Below, piece by piece: positions 39,649-52,215 of a stretch of DNA of 62,319 nt. The position numbers were made by a program, and so were the translations under genes. Within the stretch, counting starts at the first letter, position 1. The number at the start of each line of letters is the position of its first letter. Under the pieces are notes generated by a model that worked only from the letters and a program-made list of their open reading frames with translations, did no database searches and was not told where the DNA came from. Origin of the DNA: Actinomycetota bacterium (lineage in GTDB: Bacteria > Actinomycetota > Acidimicrobiia > Acidimicrobiales > VFJN01); assembly GCA_046730015.1 (NCBI GenBank), contig JBKPHT010000139.1, positions 1 through 62,319 of the forward strand. Reading direction: 5' to 3'.

Positions 39649-41044
39649 CGGCCCGGACCGGCCGCACCCGGCTGCGGTGGGGTGGGGCGACCGACGTCGG
39701 GCGGGTCCGGTCGAACAACCAGGACCAGTACGTCGCCCGCGACGACGTCGGCCTGTGGGCGGTGGCCGACGGCATGGGCGGGCACCGGGGCGGCGAGGTC
39801 GCCTCGGAGATCGCCTGCGACACGCTGGCCCGGAGCTTCGACGACCACACGGTCGACGGCCTGGTCGACGCCATCGAGCGTGCCAACCGGGCGGTCCACC
39901 GGGCCGGCGCCGGCGACCCCGAGCTCACGGGCATGGGCACGACCGTGGTCGCCCTGGCTGTGGTGGGCGACGAGGAGGGCGACCAGGCCGACGAGTTGCT
40001 GGCGATCGCCAACGTCGGCGACTCCCGGGCCTACCGGTGGTCGGGCGGCGAGCTCGACCAGCTCACCACCGACCACAGCCTGGTGGCCGACCTCGTCCGG
40101 GAGGGCAGCCTGTCGCCCGACGAGGCCGCCATCCACCCGCAGCGCAACATCCTGACCCGGGTGCTGGGCGTGTACGACGACGTGCCGGTGGACGCGTTCA
40201 CCGTCGACCCCCGCCACGGCGACCGCTACGTGCTGTGCTCGGACGGCCTGTTCAACGAGGTGCCGGAGCCGGCCATCGCCTCGGTGCTGCGTCGCCTGGC
40301 CGACCCGGCCGACGCCGCCGAGGAGCTGGTCCGGCAGGCGCTGGAGGGCGGCGGCCGCGACAACATCACCGTGGTGGTCGTGGACGTCGTCGACGACGGG
40401 GGCCGGGCCGCGGCCGCGTCGGCGGCGCTCGGCGTCGACGGCGAGCCGACTCGGCAGTCCGCCGCGGTGCCCACCCCCGGCGGCGCCTACACCGACATCG
40501 ACGACTACGGCACCGCGACCCGCCGGCGCCGGCGTGTCCCCCGCCGGGCGGAGCCCGAGCCCGACCTGGCCGACGACGACGTCGTCGCCGACGAGCCGAC
40601 CGGCCGGGGCGCCCGCCACGCCGCCGGGCCGCGGCGGCGCCGCGTGACCTGGCGGGTGCTGCTGTTCACGGTCGTGCTGCTCGCTCTGGTCGGCGGGGCC
40701 CTGGCCACGATCCAGTGGTACGCGACCTCGACCTACTTCGTCGGGTTCGAGGGCGACCGGGTGGCGATCTTCAAGGGGCGGCCCGGCGGCCTGCTGTGGA
40801 TCGAGCCCGACCTGATCGAGGTCACCGACCTCGCCCGCGAGCGGGTGCCGGCCGCCCGCCGGCTCGACATCGCCGCCGGCAAGGAGCAGAGCTCGCTCGC
40901 CGACGCCCACCGCTATGTCGCCAACGTGACCGAGCAGGCCGACGAGCTGGACGCGGCCACCTCCACGACGACGACGACCACCCCGACCACGACGGCGACG
41001 ACGGTCGCGCCGCCCCCACCGGTCCCGGCGGCGCCCACGGGCCC

Positions 41045-41048
<4 letters not shown>
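39645..41048 (+). CDS. pstP: PP2C Ser/Thr phosphatase with TM and extracellular domain
   Basis: TDVGRVR..NQD, VADGMGGH, NVGDSRAY, CSDGL, GGRDNIT. Confidence 0.95.
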
Positions 41049-42369
<1,321 letters not shown>

Positions 42370-42373
<4 letters not shown>

Positions 42374-42467
42374 GCGAGCGGAGCGAGCGAATCATCAGCA
42401 CAGTGCGTTTCTCGGCCCGAAGGGCCGATTGCTCATTGCGCGCATCCCGAAGGGTGCGCCAATGAGC
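42370..42467 (+). repeat. MIRU/REP-like intergenic element with a 31-aa mini-ORF
   Basis: Bounded by ATGAGC duplicates; two CCC-GAA-GGG hairpins; ORF MSERSERIISTVR.. overlaps the rodA stop and the pbpA start. Confidence 0.75.
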
Positions 42468-43970
42468 AAACAGATTCGCAATCTTGGTGTGTTCCTGGCG
42501 ATCTGCTACGCCGCGCTGTTCCTGCAGGTGAACCGGCTCACCGTCTTCGAGGCCGACGCCCTGCAGGACAAGCCGGGGAACAACCGGGCGGTCGAGCGCG
42601 ACTTCTCGGCCCCCCGGGGGACGATCGAGACCGCCGACGGCGTCGTGGTCGCCGAGTCGGTGGAGTCGAACGACCGGTTCGTCTACCAGCGGACCTACCC
42701 CACCGCCGACCTGTTCGCCGCGGTGACCGGCTACTACGCGTTCGAGCTCGGCTCCACCGGGGTGGAGAGGGAGTACAACGACGAGCTGGCCGGCCGGACC
42801 ATCGACTTCGACCTGCAGGAGCTGGGCGACCTGTTCGTCGACCGCGAGCGGGTGGGCAACGTCACCCTGTCGCTCCGCAACGACGTGCAGTCGGTCGCCC
42901 GCGAGGAGCTCGGCGACCGGGCGGGGTCGGTGGTGGCGCTCGACCCCCGCAACGGCGAGATCCTCGCCCTGTGGTCGACGCCGAGCTACGACCCCAACCT
43001 CATCGCCACCCACGACCTGGCGGCGGCCAAGGCGGCGTCGACCGCGCTGAACGAGGACCCGGAGAGGCCGACCCGGGCCCGCACCTACCAGGAGCGCGAG
43101 TTCCCCGGCTCGACGTTCAAGATCGTGACTGCCACCGCCGGGATCGAGCGCGGCGGGGTCACCGAGGACCAGCCGGACTACCCGGTGAGCGACGCCTACC
43201 AGGCCGCGGGCCAGGGTCGGCCCATCGGCAACTTCGGCGGCGGGAGCTGCGGCGGCACGCTGCTCACCATCCTCCAGGAGTCGTGCAACACCGCTTTCGC
43301 CCAGATGGGCGTCGAGCAGGCGACGGCCGACGGCATGATCGACATCAGCCAGGCCTTCGGGTTCAACCTGGAGGTGCCGCTCGACCTGCCGGGCGCCGTC
43401 CGGTCGGTGTTCCCGAACGAGGCGGTGGCCGACAACCCGCCGTTCCTCGCCCAGGCGTCGATCGGGCAGAACGACGTGCAGGCCACCCCGCTGCAGATGG
43501 CGCTGGTGGCGGCGGCGGTCGCCAACGGCGGCGAGATCATGACCCCGCACGTGATGCGGGAGGTCCGCGACGACCAGGGCGAGAAGGTCGACGAGTTCGA
43601 CGCCGAGGCGTGGACGGCCGCCATGTCGCCGCGGACGGCCGAGACCCTGCGCCGGGGCATGATCTCGGTCGTCACGGACGGCACCGCCTCGCGTTTGGCC
43701 GAGGGCCTCGACGACTTCGAGGTCGGCGGCAAGACCGGCACCGCGCAGCTCGGCACCGACCCGCCCCGGTCGCACGCCTGGATCATCGGGTTCGCGGGCC
43801 CACCCGGCGAGCCACCTCATGTCGCCGTGGCGGTGCTGGTGGAGGGCCAGGAGGGCGCGAGCGAGCAGACTGGTGGCAGAGTGGCGGCACCGATCGCGTC
43901 GGCCGTCCTCCGGCAGGCCCTGTCCCCGGCGGCACCGGCGGCCTCGGACGACCAGACGGGTGGAGGCTGA
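42462..43970 (+). CDS. pbpA: Class B penicillin-binding protein
   Basis: PGSTFK (SxxK), SCN (SxN), KTGT (KTG). Confidence 0.95.
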   Translation: MSKQIRNLGVFLAICYAALFLQVNRLTVFEADALQDKPGNNRAVERDFSAPRGTIETADGVVVAESVESNDRFVYQRTYPTADLFAAVTGYYAFELGSTGVEREYNDELAGRTIDFDLQELGDLFVDRERVGNVTLSLRNDVQSVAREELGDRAGSVVALDPRNGEILALWSTPSYDPNLIATHDLAAAKAASTALNEDPERPTRARTYQEREFPGSTFKIVTATAGIERGGVTEDQPDYPVSDAYQAAGQGRPIGNFGGGSCGGTLLTILQESCNTAFAQMGVEQATADGMIDISQAFGFNLEVPLDLPGAVRSVFPNEAVADNPPFLAQASIGQNDVQATPLQMALVAAAVANGGEIMTPHVMREVRDDQGEKVDEFDAEAWTAAMSPRTAETLRRGMISVVTDGTASRLAEGLDDFEVGGKTGTAQLGTDPPRSHAWIIGFAGPPGEPPHVAVAVLVEGQEGASEQTGGRVAAPIASAVLRQALSPAAPAASDDQTGGG

Positions 43971-44029
43971 GCGGGCTCGGCCCCGCCGAATCGGGGGGAC
44001 ATACCCCCATCTCGTAACCTGGGGTGCGC

Positions 44030-45991
44030 ATGTCGCAGCAGAACCAAGTCATCTTCAACGGGCGGTACGAGCTCCACCGGCGGCTCGGGCGCGGCGGCAT
44101 GGCCGAGGTCTACCTGGCGCGCGACCAGCTCCTCGACCGGCCGGTGGCGGTCAAGGTGCTGTTCCCCGCGCTCGCCACCGACGCCGGGTTCGTCGAGCGG
44201 TTCCGCCGCGAGGCCCAGGCGGCCGCCAATCTCCAGCACCCGAACATCGTCAGCGTGTTCGACTGGGGCGAGGCCAACGGCACCTACTTCATCGTGATGG
44301 AGTACGTCGAGGGGCACACACTGGCCGACACCCTGCGGGACGAGGGCCGGCTCCACCCGGACAGGGCGGCGGAGATCACCGCCGACATCGCCGCCGCGCT
44401 CGGCTTCGCCCACCGCAACCGGGTCGTCCACCGCGACGTGAAGCCCGGCAACGTGCTCATCACCCGCGACGGCGGGGTGAAGGTGGCCGACTTCGGCATC
44501 GCCCGGGCCATCAGCGACTCGTCCGACCAGAACCTGACCAAGACCGGCTCGGTCATGGGCACCGCCACCTACTTCTCGCCGGAGCAGGCCCGTGGCGCCC
44601 AGGTCGACCCCCGCAGCGACCTCTACAGCCTGGGCGTCGTGCTGTACGAGATGATCACCGGCCGGCCGCCGTTCGCCGGCGACAGCGCGGTGGCGATCGC
44701 GTACAAGCACGTCCAGGAGAACCCGGTGCCGCCCCGGCGGATCGATCCGGCCCTGCCGGAGACCCTCGAGGCGATCACCCTCAAGTGCCTGGCCAAGAAC
44801 CCGGCCAACCGCTACCCGTCGGCCCAGGACCTGCGGGCCGACCTGCGCCGCTACCTCGACGGCAGCCGGATCATGGCCGAGCCGGTGCTGGCGCCGCCGA
44901 TGGAGCCCGGCGCCACCGGCGTGATGGCCCCGACCGGCTACGGCGACCAGACCGCGCTGGTGGCCGGGCCGGTCGCCTGGCAGCCCGAGGACGACGGCTA
45001 CGGCGGCTACGACGAGTACGACCAGGACTACCGGCCCGAGCAGCCCAAGCGGTCGAAGTGGTTCCTCGCCGCGCTGATCCTGCTGCTGCTGGTGCTGGCC
45101 GGCCTGCTGTTCCTGCTGGCGTCGAACTTCGGCGACGACGAGCCGCCCGCCGAGCAGGTGACCGTGCCCACCGTCGTCGGCCAGCCGGTCGACCAGGCCA
45201 AGGCCGCACTGGAGCAGGCCGGGTTCGAGGTCACGACCGCCGGACAGACGTCGGACCAGCCGGCCAACCAGGTGATCGAGCAGGACCCGGAGGCCGGGGC
45301 AAAGGTCGACGAGGGGGCGACGATCAGGCTGACGTTCAGCACCGGGCCGGAGATGGTGGCCGTGCCCGACGTGGTCGGGAAGACGCAGGCCGAGGCGAAC
45401 ACGCTGCTGACCCAGGCGGGGTTCGTCGTGAACGCGGTGCCGATCGAGAACGACGACGTCGAGGAGGGCCGCGTCGTGACCCAGAACCCGGCGGCCAACG
45501 CGCAGGCGGGCAAGGGCAGCCAGGTCACGATCGAGGTGTCGTCGGGATCGACCGCCCGGCCGGTCCCCAACGTCGCCAACCAGGACGAGGCCACCGCCCG
45601 GGGCAACCTGCAGCGGGCCGGGTTCACCAACGTCCAGACCCGGCCGGAGGCTTCGGACTCGGTGGAGCCGGGCATCGTGATCCGCACCGAGCCGGCGGCC
45701 AACTCCGAGGCCAAGCCGTCCGACACGATCACGCTGGTGGTCTCGTCGGGCGGCCAGCAGATCACCGTGCCGCGGGTCGAGGGGCTGAACGAGCAGAACG
45801 CCCGCTCGGCCATCGAGGGGGTCGGCCTGAAGGTCCAGGTCCAGGAACAGCAGGTGACCAACGCCAACCAGGACGGCATCGTGCTGACCCAGTCGCCGTC
45901 GCCCCAGTCGCCGGCCGAGGCCGGCGACACGGTGACCATCTACGTCGGCCGGTTCCGGGAGTCGGAGCCCGGCGGTGGCGGCAACGGCTGA
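44030..45991 (+). CDS. pknB: Ser/Thr kinase with four PASTA domains
   Basis: [30 protein letters not shown]; TM; four VP.V.G/N repeats. Confidence 0.97.
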   Translation: MSQQNQVIFNGRYELHRRLGRGGMAEVYLARDQLLDRPVAVKVLFPALATDAGFVERFRREAQAAANLQHPNIVSVFDWGEANGTYFIVMEYVEGHTLADTLRDEGRLHPDRAAEITADIAAALGFAHRNRVVHRDVKPGNVLITRDGGVKVADFGIARAISDSSDQNLTKTGSVMGTATYFSPEQARGAQVDPRSDLYSLGVVLYEMITGRPPFAGDSAVAIAYKHVQENPVPPRRIDPALPETLEAITLKCLAKNPANRYPSAQDLRADLRRYLDGSRIMAEPVLAPPMEPGATGVMAPTGYGDQTALVAGPVAWQPEDDGYGGYDEYDQDYRPEQPKRSKWFLAALILLLLVLAGLLFLLASNFGDDEPPAEQVTVPTVVGQPVDQAKAALEQAGFEVTTAGQTSDQPANQVIEQDPEAGAKVDEGATIRLTFSTGPEMVAVPDVVGKTQAEANTLLTQAGFVVNAVPIENDDVEEGRVVTQNPAANAQAGKGSQVTIEVSSGSTARPVPNVANQDEATARGNLQRAGFTNVQTRPEASDSVEPGIVIRTEPAANSEAKPSDTITLVVSSGGQQITVPRVEGLNEQNARSAIEGVGLKVQVQEQQVTNANQDGIVLTQSPSPQSPAEAGDTVTIYVGRFRESEPGGGGNG

Positions 45992-46752
45992 TGGCCCGGA
46001 CCCTGGTCCTGCTCCGTCACGGCGAGAGCGAGTGGAACCTCAAGAACCTGTTCACCGGCTGGTTCGACTCCGACCTCAGCCCGAAGGGTGAGGCCCAGGC
46101 GGCGGACGGCGGCCGGCTGATGGCCGAGCGGGGCGTGCTGCCCGAGGTGGTCCACACGTCGGTGTTGGTCCGGGCGATCCGCACCGCGGACATCGCGCTG
46201 CGGGAGCTCGACCGGTCGTGGATCCCGGTGCGGCGCCATTGGCGGCTCAACGAGCGCCACTACGGCGACCTGCAGGGGCTCGACAAGAAGGAGACGGCCG
46301 AGCGGTTCGGCGCCGACCAGGTGAAGGTGTGGCGCCGAGCCTACGACGTGCGGCCCCCGGCGATGCCCCGGGACGACCCGCGCAACATCCGCCACGACCC
46401 CCGGTACGCCGACCTTCCGCCGGAGGTGGTGCCCGACACCGAGTGCCTGGCCGACGTCGTCGACCGGATGCTGCCGTACTGGTACGACGCGATCGTGCCC
46501 GACCTGGCGCCGGGCCGGGTTGTGCTGGTGGCGGCCCACGGCAACAGCCTGCGGGCCCTGGTCAAGCACCTGGACGGCATCTCCGACGGCGACATCGTGG
46601 ATCTGAACATCCCGACCGGTGAGCCGCTCGTGTACGAGCTCGGCGACGACTACCGGCCGGTCGACGACGTGCCGGTGGAGGAGCGCTACCTGCGGTCGGC
46701 CGACGAGATCCGGGCCGCGGCCGAGGCCGTCGCCCGCCAGGCCGGGGGTTGA
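45991..46752 (+). CDS. gpmA: 2,3-BPG-dependent phosphoglycerate mutase
   Basis: [29 protein letters not shown]. Confidence 0.96.
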   Translation: MARTLVLLRHGESEWNLKNLFTGWFDSDLSPKGEAQAADGGRLMAERGVLPEVVHTSVLVRAIRTADIALRELDRSWIPVRRHWRLNERHYGDLQGLDKKETAERFGADQVKVWRRAYDVRPPAMPRDDPRNIRHDPRYADLPPEVVPDTECLADVVDRMLPYWYDAIVPDLAPGRVVLVAAHGNSLRALVKHLDGISDGDIVDLNIPTGEPLVYELGDDYRPVDDVPVEERYLRSADEIRAAAEAVARQAGG

Positions 46753-47255
46753 GCGCCACGTCCGCGCTGCCGCCGGCCCTCCACCCCGACGTCGAGCCGC
46801 TGGCCGCGCTGCTCGGCACCTGGTCCGGCGAGGGCGAGGGCAGCTACCCGACCATCGAGGGCTTCCGCTACCGCGAGGAGATCACGTTCGGCCACGTCGG
46901 CAAGCCGTTCCTGGCCTACCGGCAGGCGACGGTCAACCTGGCCACCGGCCTGCCGGCCCACGCCGAGTCGGGCTACCTGCGCGGGCTTCCGGAGGGCGGC
47001 GTCGAGCTGGTGCTCGCCCACCCGACCGGCATCGCCGAGGTCGCCACCGGCTCGGTGACCCCCACGGCCGACGGGCTGGTCTTGCACCTGCGCTCGTCGA
47101 CGGTGGCCCGCACCGGCACGGCCAAGCAGGTCGACAGCGTCGAGCGGCGGATCACGGTCGAGGGCGACGTGCTCCGGTACGACCTGGCGATGGGAGCGGT
47201 CGGCCAGCCCCACCAGCACCACCTGGCCGCTGAGCTGCGCCGGGCGCCGAGCTGA
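46749..47255 (+). CDS. Nitrobindin/FABP-like (DUF1794) protein
   Basis: LLGTW.G.G.G.YPTI, KPFL.Y.Q, H.ESGY, H..AEL. Confidence 0.88.
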   Translation: MSATSALPPALHPDVEPLAALLGTWSGEGEGSYPTIEGFRYREEITFGHVGKPFLAYRQATVNLATGLPAHAESGYLRGLPEGGVELVLAHPTGIAEVATGSVTPTADGLVLHLRSSTVARTGTAKQVDSVERRITVEGDVLRYDLAMGAVGQPHQHHLAAELRRAPS

Positions 47256-47276
47256 CGCCCGGACGCAGCCCAAGGT

Positions 47277-47459
47277 CTAGAACGCGATGGCCACCGCGCC
47301 GTCGAGCGCCGGGATCGGCCACAGGAACACGGCGAGGACGAAGGTCGCGACCTGCGACGAGTTGTCCATGGTGTCCGCATAGCCCTTGTTGACCGCGACG
47401 AGCACGCCGATGATGACCCAGATGAGCAGGACGATCGGGATCCGCACACGTCCGCGCAT
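47277..47459 (-). CDS. Small two-TM membrane protein
   Basis: GGAGG RBS; IW..IG..VA..KGY and ..LWP hydrophobic pattern. Confidence 0.7.
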   Translation of the reverse strand: MRGRVRIPIVLLIWVIIGVLVAVNKGYADTMDNSSQVATFVLAVFLWPIPALDGAVAIAF

Positions 47460-47584
47460 GGTTGCCTCCCTTGACACATCTGTCCCAGCCCGACCTTCCG
47501 GACGACTCCCGTCCGGCGAACTGTGGGTACCCCGCGTGAGGTAGGGCTAACCGCCCGGCCCGGGTTCCGGGTTCCGGGTTCTCC

Positions 47585-48145
47585 TCATGCGACGGGCATG
47601 CGACGCAGGCCGTTGGGCTGCTGCGCCGGGCGGACCTGGTCGGACGCGACCTGACCGTTGCCGTCGGCCCGCTCGAGCAGATAGCCGCGGGACCGGACCG
47701 TGCGGATCGCGAGCCGCAGCGGCGACAGCCGCCGGCGGAGCCGGAGCACGTGGACGTCGAGCGCGTTGCGGCCGGGCGAGCCGCCGGGCCAGCCGGACCG
47801 GGCCAGGGCGTCGCGGGACACGACCGCGCCGAACCGCTCGAGGAGGGCGGCGGTCAGCCGGGCCTCGACCGGCGGGAGCGACACCCAGCGGTCGCCGAGG
47901 CGCAGCACGCCGTCGTCGTCGAGCACGGGCACGGTGCCGGCGTCGCTGTCGGTGCGGCGCCGCAGGGCCTCGACCCGGACCCGGAGGTCGAGGTCGTCGG
48001 CGGGCAGCCGGATCCAGTCCTCGAGCTCGTCCGTCGGGATCGGCGGGGCGCCCCGCTCGACCAGCAGGAGCCGAGGCTGCCCAGCACGGCGGAGCTCCTC
48101 CCTCCGGTCCTGCTCGGCCGGCCAGTGGACCAGAGCCACCTCCAC
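47585..48145 (-). CDS. OmpR-type winged-helix protein with a truncated receiver-like N-terminus
   Basis: C-terminal V.L.P.EARL..LL, VSR..L, N.LDVHV.RLRRRL..IRTVR.RGY; start uncertain. Confidence 0.8.
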   Translation of the reverse strand: MEVALVHWPAEQDRREELRRAGQPRLLLVERGAPPIPTDELEDWIRLPADDLDLRVRVEALRRRTDSDAGTVPVLDDDGVLRLGDRWVSLPPVEARLTAALLERFGAVVSRDALARSGWPGGSPGRNALDVHVLRLRRRLSPLRLAIRTVRSRGYLLERADGNGQVASDQVRPAQQPNGLRRMPVA

Positions 48146-48307
48146 AACTTCGGAAGGTAGAGAGCGAGGGTTTCGCGTTTGTTTCGGACGTATGAACGTG
48201 ACGCTGCCGAGGGATTCGTTCACCGACCGTGAGTGCCCGCGGCCACGACAGGTGAGGCTCAGGGGAACGCAAGCAGAGCGCGCGACGGCTCCCTAAGCTG
48301 CGCCGCC

Positions 48308-48730
48308 ATGGCACGCGAGGACTACCTCAACCATCTCGCCGCGGTCCCCCTCTTCTCCGGATGCACGACCAGGGAGCTGCGCGACATCGCCAAGGCGACG
48401 GTCGAGCTGACGCTGGCCCAGGGCAAGGAGTTCGTGACCCAGGGCGATGTGGGCCGCGAGGCGTTCATCATCGTCGAGGGCAACGCCGACGTCTCCCGGG
48501 GCGGCCAGACCATCGCACGCCTGGGTCCCGGCGACTGCGTCGGCGAGCTGGCGCTGCTCGACCACGGCCCCCGCACGGCGACGGTCACCGCCGCCACCCC
48601 GCTGACCGTGCTGGTACTCGGGCCCCGCGAGTTCTCCGGTCTGCTCGATGAGGTGCCCACCCTCACCCACAAGATCCTGGCCGCACTGGCCGGCCGGGTG
48701 CGCGAGCTCGACTCCGAGATCTACGGCTGA
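48308..48730 (+). CDS. Stand-alone cyclic nucleotide-binding protein
   Basis: VPLFS; phosphate-binding cassette GELALLDHGPRTATV. Confidence 0.92.
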   Translation: MAREDYLNHLAAVPLFSGCTTRELRDIAKATVELTLAQGKEFVTQGDVGREAFIIVEGNADVSRGGQTIARLGPGDCVGELALLDHGPRTATVTAATPLTVLVLGPREFSGLLDEVPTLTHKILAALAGRVRELDSEIYG

Positions 48731-48853
48731 GATCCACCGCCCGGGACCGCCGCCAGGCGGCCGCCCGGGCCCTGAGTGACCGCCGGTAACCCGGCCGCGC
48801 GCAGGCACGACACGATTCCGCCCCGCCCCGGCGCGTTGGGTAGGTTCGGCGCC

Positions 48854-51097
48854 GTGAGCACCCAAACGGTGGAGAAGCCGGCAACCGGGACGACCCCCGT
48901 CGCCGCCAAGGTCCGGGCGGTCGGGCCCACCCAGATCGCCGTCGGCATCGGCGTGCTGGTCGCCCTGGTCACCGTCGTCTCGGGCATCACCGCGACGGTG
49001 TTCCAGTGGCACGACGACTCGCCGGTGCAGCGGGTGGTGTTCGTCAACATCCCCTCGGCGTGGAAGCTCGTCTTCTACACCGTGCTGCCGATCCTGTTCG
49101 TCTACGGGGCCGTCGTCTTCTCCCAGCGGGTCCGCAACTGGGAGCGGGGCGGCCCCGACGACCGCAGCACGACGCGCCGGAACCTCCGCCGCCGGCTGGA
49201 GGACTTCCGGGCCGGCGTCTACATGCAGACCCTGCTGCGCGACCCCGCGGCCGGGGTCATGCACTCGCTGATCTATTTCAACTTCCTGATCCTGCTGGCC
49301 GTGACCACGGTGCTGGAGATCAACCACCAGCTGCCCGAGGGCGCCAAGTTCCTGCACGGCGACGTGTACCGCGCCTACGCCCTGATCGGCGACGTCGCGG
49401 GCGGCCTGTTCCTGCTCGGCGTGATCTGGGCCATCGTCCGGCGCTACGTCCAGCGGCCCTACCGCATCCGCATCAAGTCCAAGCCCGAGCACGCCGTCAT
49501 CCTCGGCACGTTCCTCGCGATCGGCGTCACCGGCTTCGGCGTCGAGGCGTTCCGCATCGCGCTGGAGGGCCAGCCGTCCTACGAGAAGTGGTCGGTGATC
49601 GGCTACCCGCTCTCCACCCTGGTCGAGGGGTCGGGCTCGCTCGCCGGGTGGCACCAGGGCTGGTGGATCGCCCACGTCGCCAGCTTCCTGGTGTTCCTGC
49701 TGATCCTGCCGGTCACCATGCTCCGCCACATGTTCACCTCGCCGCTGAACATGTACCTGCGGGACCGGGAGCGGCCCAAGGGCGCGATGAAGGCCATGCC
49801 CAACCTGATGGAGACCGAGCTCGAGACGTTCGGCGCCTCCACCGTCGAGGACTTCACCTGGAAGCAGCTGCTCGACACCGACGCCTGCACGATGTGCGGC
49901 CGCTGCACCAGCGTCTGCCCGGCCCACGCCACCGGCAAGCCGCTCGACCCCCGCGAGATCGTGCTCAAGACCGGCGAGGTGATGGCCGCCACGGGCACCC
50001 CGCCGGTGTCGCCACCCATCGGCGTCGACCCGGAGATCACCCTGTCGGCCGACTCACTGTTCGAGCGGATCACCCCCGAGGAGATCTGGGCCTGCACGTC
50101 GTGCAAGGCCTGCGACGAGATCTGCCCGGTGAACATCGAGATCCTCGACAAGATCCTCGACATGCGGCGCTACCTGTCGCTGATGGAGTCGAACTTTCCG
50201 ACCGAGCTCGGCACCGCCTACCGGTCGATGGAGAACTCCGGCAACCCGTGGGGGATGTCCCAGAGCGACCGGGCCGCCTGGGCCGCCAAGGTCGAGGGCG
50301 TGCCGATCGTCGAGCCTGGCGACGCTTTCGACCACGAGTTCCTCTACTGGGTCGGGTGCGCCGGCAGCTTCGACGACAAGAACCAGAAGGTGAGCGTGGC
50401 CATGGCCAAGCTCATGCAGCGGGCCGGCATCGACTTCGCCATCCTCGGGCCGTCCGAGAACTGCACCGGCGACCCCGCCCGCCGGTCGGGCAACGAGTAC
50501 ATCTTCCAGATGCTCGCCATGCAGAACATCGAGTCGCTGAACGGCATGGGCGTCCGCAAGATCGTCACCCAGTGCCCGCACTGCTTCAACACGCTGCAGA
50601 ACGAGTACCCGCAGCTCGGCGGCAACTACGAGGTCGTCCACCACAGCCAGTTCCTCGAGTGGCTCATCGCCGAGGGGCACCTCGACATGAGCGGCGCCCG
50701 GCTGGAGGAGCGGGTCGTCTACCACGACTCCTGCTACCTGGGCCGCCACAACGACATCTACCAGTCGCCCCGCAAGGTGATCGGCAGCCTGGGCGGCATC
50801 GAGGTGGTCGAGGCCGGGCGCAACGGCACCAAGGGCATGTGCTGCGGCGCCGGCGGCGCCCGCATGTGGATGGAGGAGACGATCGGCAAGAAGGTGAACG
50901 ACGAGCGCAGCCAGGAGCTCATCGCAACCGGCGCCAGCCGCATCGCCGTCGCCTGCCCGTTCTGCTACATCATGATCGACGACGGGACCAAGGCCGCGGG
51001 CAAGGAAGAGGACGAGGTGAGGGTCGCGGACATCTCGATGCACCTGCTCGAGGCGCTCGAGGACCGCGACGCCCGGGTCGCGTCCGGCGAGCTGTAG
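48854..51097 (+). CDS. Membrane-bound Fe-S oxidoreductase (TM, 2x4Fe-4S, CCG domains; HdrD/FadF-like)
   Basis: CTMCGRCTSVCP, CTSCKACDEICP, ENCTGD, HDSC..CCGAGG, ACPFC. Confidence 0.93.
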   Translation: MSTQTVEKPATGTTPVAAKVRAVGPTQIAVGIGVLVALVTVVSGITATVFQWHDDSPVQRVVFVNIPSAWKLVFYTVLPILFVYGAVVFSQRVRNWERGGPDDRSTTRRNLRRRLEDFRAGVYMQTLLRDPAAGVMHSLIYFNFLILLAVTTVLEINHQLPEGAKFLHGDVYRAYALIGDVAGGLFLLGVIWAIVRRYVQRPYRIRIKSKPEHAVILGTFLAIGVTGFGVEAFRIALEGQPSYEKWSVIGYPLSTLVEGSGSLAGWHQGWWIAHVASFLVFLLILPVTMLRHMFTSPLNMYLRDRERPKGAMKAMPNLMETELETFGASTVEDFTWKQLLDTDACTMCGRCTSVCPAHATGKPLDPREIVLKTGEVMAATGTPPVSPPIGVDPEITLSADSLFERITPEEIWACTSCKACDEICPVNIEILDKILDMRRYLSLMESNFPTELGTAYRSMENSGNPWGMSQSDRAAWAAKVEGVPIVEPGDAFDHEFLYWVGCAGSFDDKNQKVSVAMAKLMQRAGIDFAILGPSENCTGDPARRSGNEYIFQMLAMQNIESLNGMGVRKIVTQCPHCFNTLQNEYPQLGGNYEVVHHSQFLEWLIAEGHLDMSGARLEERVVYHDSCYLGRHNDIYQSPRKVIGSLGGIEVVEAGRNGTKGMCCGAGGARMWMEETIGKKVNDERSQELIATGASRIAVACPFCYIMIDDGTKAAGKEEDEVRVADISMHLLEALEDRDARVASGEL

Positions 51098-51174
51098 CGG
51101 ACCAGCCGCAAGAGAGTGTGGGTGCGCCACGCGCCCGCGCGCGGCGCACCCACGGTCGGTGGGTTCGGTCCGCC

Positions 51175-52026
51175 CTAGGAACCCACCGAGGTCCCCGCCA
51201 GGGACTCGAAGGTCGCCGCTGCGTCCGGTGCGAACGCCCGGCGGCCGATGGTGACGCCCGCCCCGTCGGGCACGGCGAGCCCGGCGAGGTCGGTCGTCAC
51301 GTCCCCGACGGCGCGGTCGACGCCGTAGGCCGGCATCACCGCCACCAGGCGGGAGGAGCCGAGCGCCGCCACGGTCTCGCCCGCGCGGAACCGTGCCGCC
51401 AGGGTGCGGCCCGCCGCGACCCTGACGCCGATCCGCTCGGGCGGCGTGACGGCGCCCAGCTGGAGCTGCACGACCACGGCCCCGAAGGTCGCAGGAGGAG
51501 AGATGGCCAGCGCCCGGCACTGGGCGTGCAGCTCGTGGACCCGGGCCCGGAGGTAGGCCGCCGACACCAGCTCGGTGACCGGGTCGGTGCAGTCGATGCA
51601 GCCGAGGACCGTCTCCCGCTCGGCCGCCCAGGCGCCGAGGGCGCGGGCGACCAGCCCGACGGGGTCGACCCAGTCGGACCACAGGTCGCCGGCCGACGGC
51701 CAGGCCACCCGGACGAGGGCGACGAGGTCGGCGGCGACGGCTTCGGCCGGGTGGCCGGCACCGGCCCGGGCCTGGGCGAAGGCGACGACGGCGGCCTCGA
51801 CGGCGACCAGGTCGGCCGGGCCGTCGAAGGCGGCGGCGAGTCGGCGGGTGGCCGGGTCGGCCCACTCCCCGAGCGGCAGGTCGGTGCCCGCTTCGCGGTA
51901 CCAGTCGGAGATGAGCCCGCCGACCGGCCGACGAGGCGGCACCGATGGGCCGACGAGCTGGAGGAGTCGCGCGGCGCCGTCCACGTCCCGCTGGGGGGGT
52001 TGTGACGGCACCCACGTCTCCTTCAT
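51175..52026 (-). CDS. Hypothetical protein with a degenerate GGDEF-like C-terminus
   Basis: TDPVTEL entry motif; no GG[DE]EF signature. Confidence 0.55.
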   Translation of the reverse strand: MKETWVPSQPPQRDVDGAARLLQLVGPSVPPRRPVGGLISDWYREAGTDLPLGEWADPATRRLAAAFDGPADLVAVEAAVVAFAQARAGAGHPAEAVAADLVALVRVAWPSAGDLWSDWVDPVGLVARALGAWAAERETVLGCIDCTDPVTELVSAAYLRARVHELHAQCRALAISPPATFGAVVVQLQLGAVTPPERIGVRVAAGRTLAARFRAGETVAALGSSRLVAVMPAYGVDRAVGDVTTDLAGLAVPDGAGVTIGRRAFAPDAAATFESLAGTSVGS

Positions 52027-52215
52027 GCCGGAGGAGAGGGGATCACCCGGCGACTATGACGCCGTTCACGTGATTTCTTCGCGACGAGTTCGCGGCTCCC
52101 GGACGTCCACGCCGATCGGTGGCGACGGCCCGCCAGATCGTCACCAAAAGCGGTTGCCCGCCCTGGTGAGCGGCGGGATCTTGCGCCACACTGTCGGCCA
52201 CAGGGTCTCCGCACC

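Noticed and set aside
43970-44030. Absence of pknA between pbpA and pknB
   Set aside because: Already the arrangement in other actinobacteria such as Streptomyces.
47560-47580. (ccgggtt)x3 microrepeat
   Set aside because: Short intergenic slippage repeat with no supporting context.
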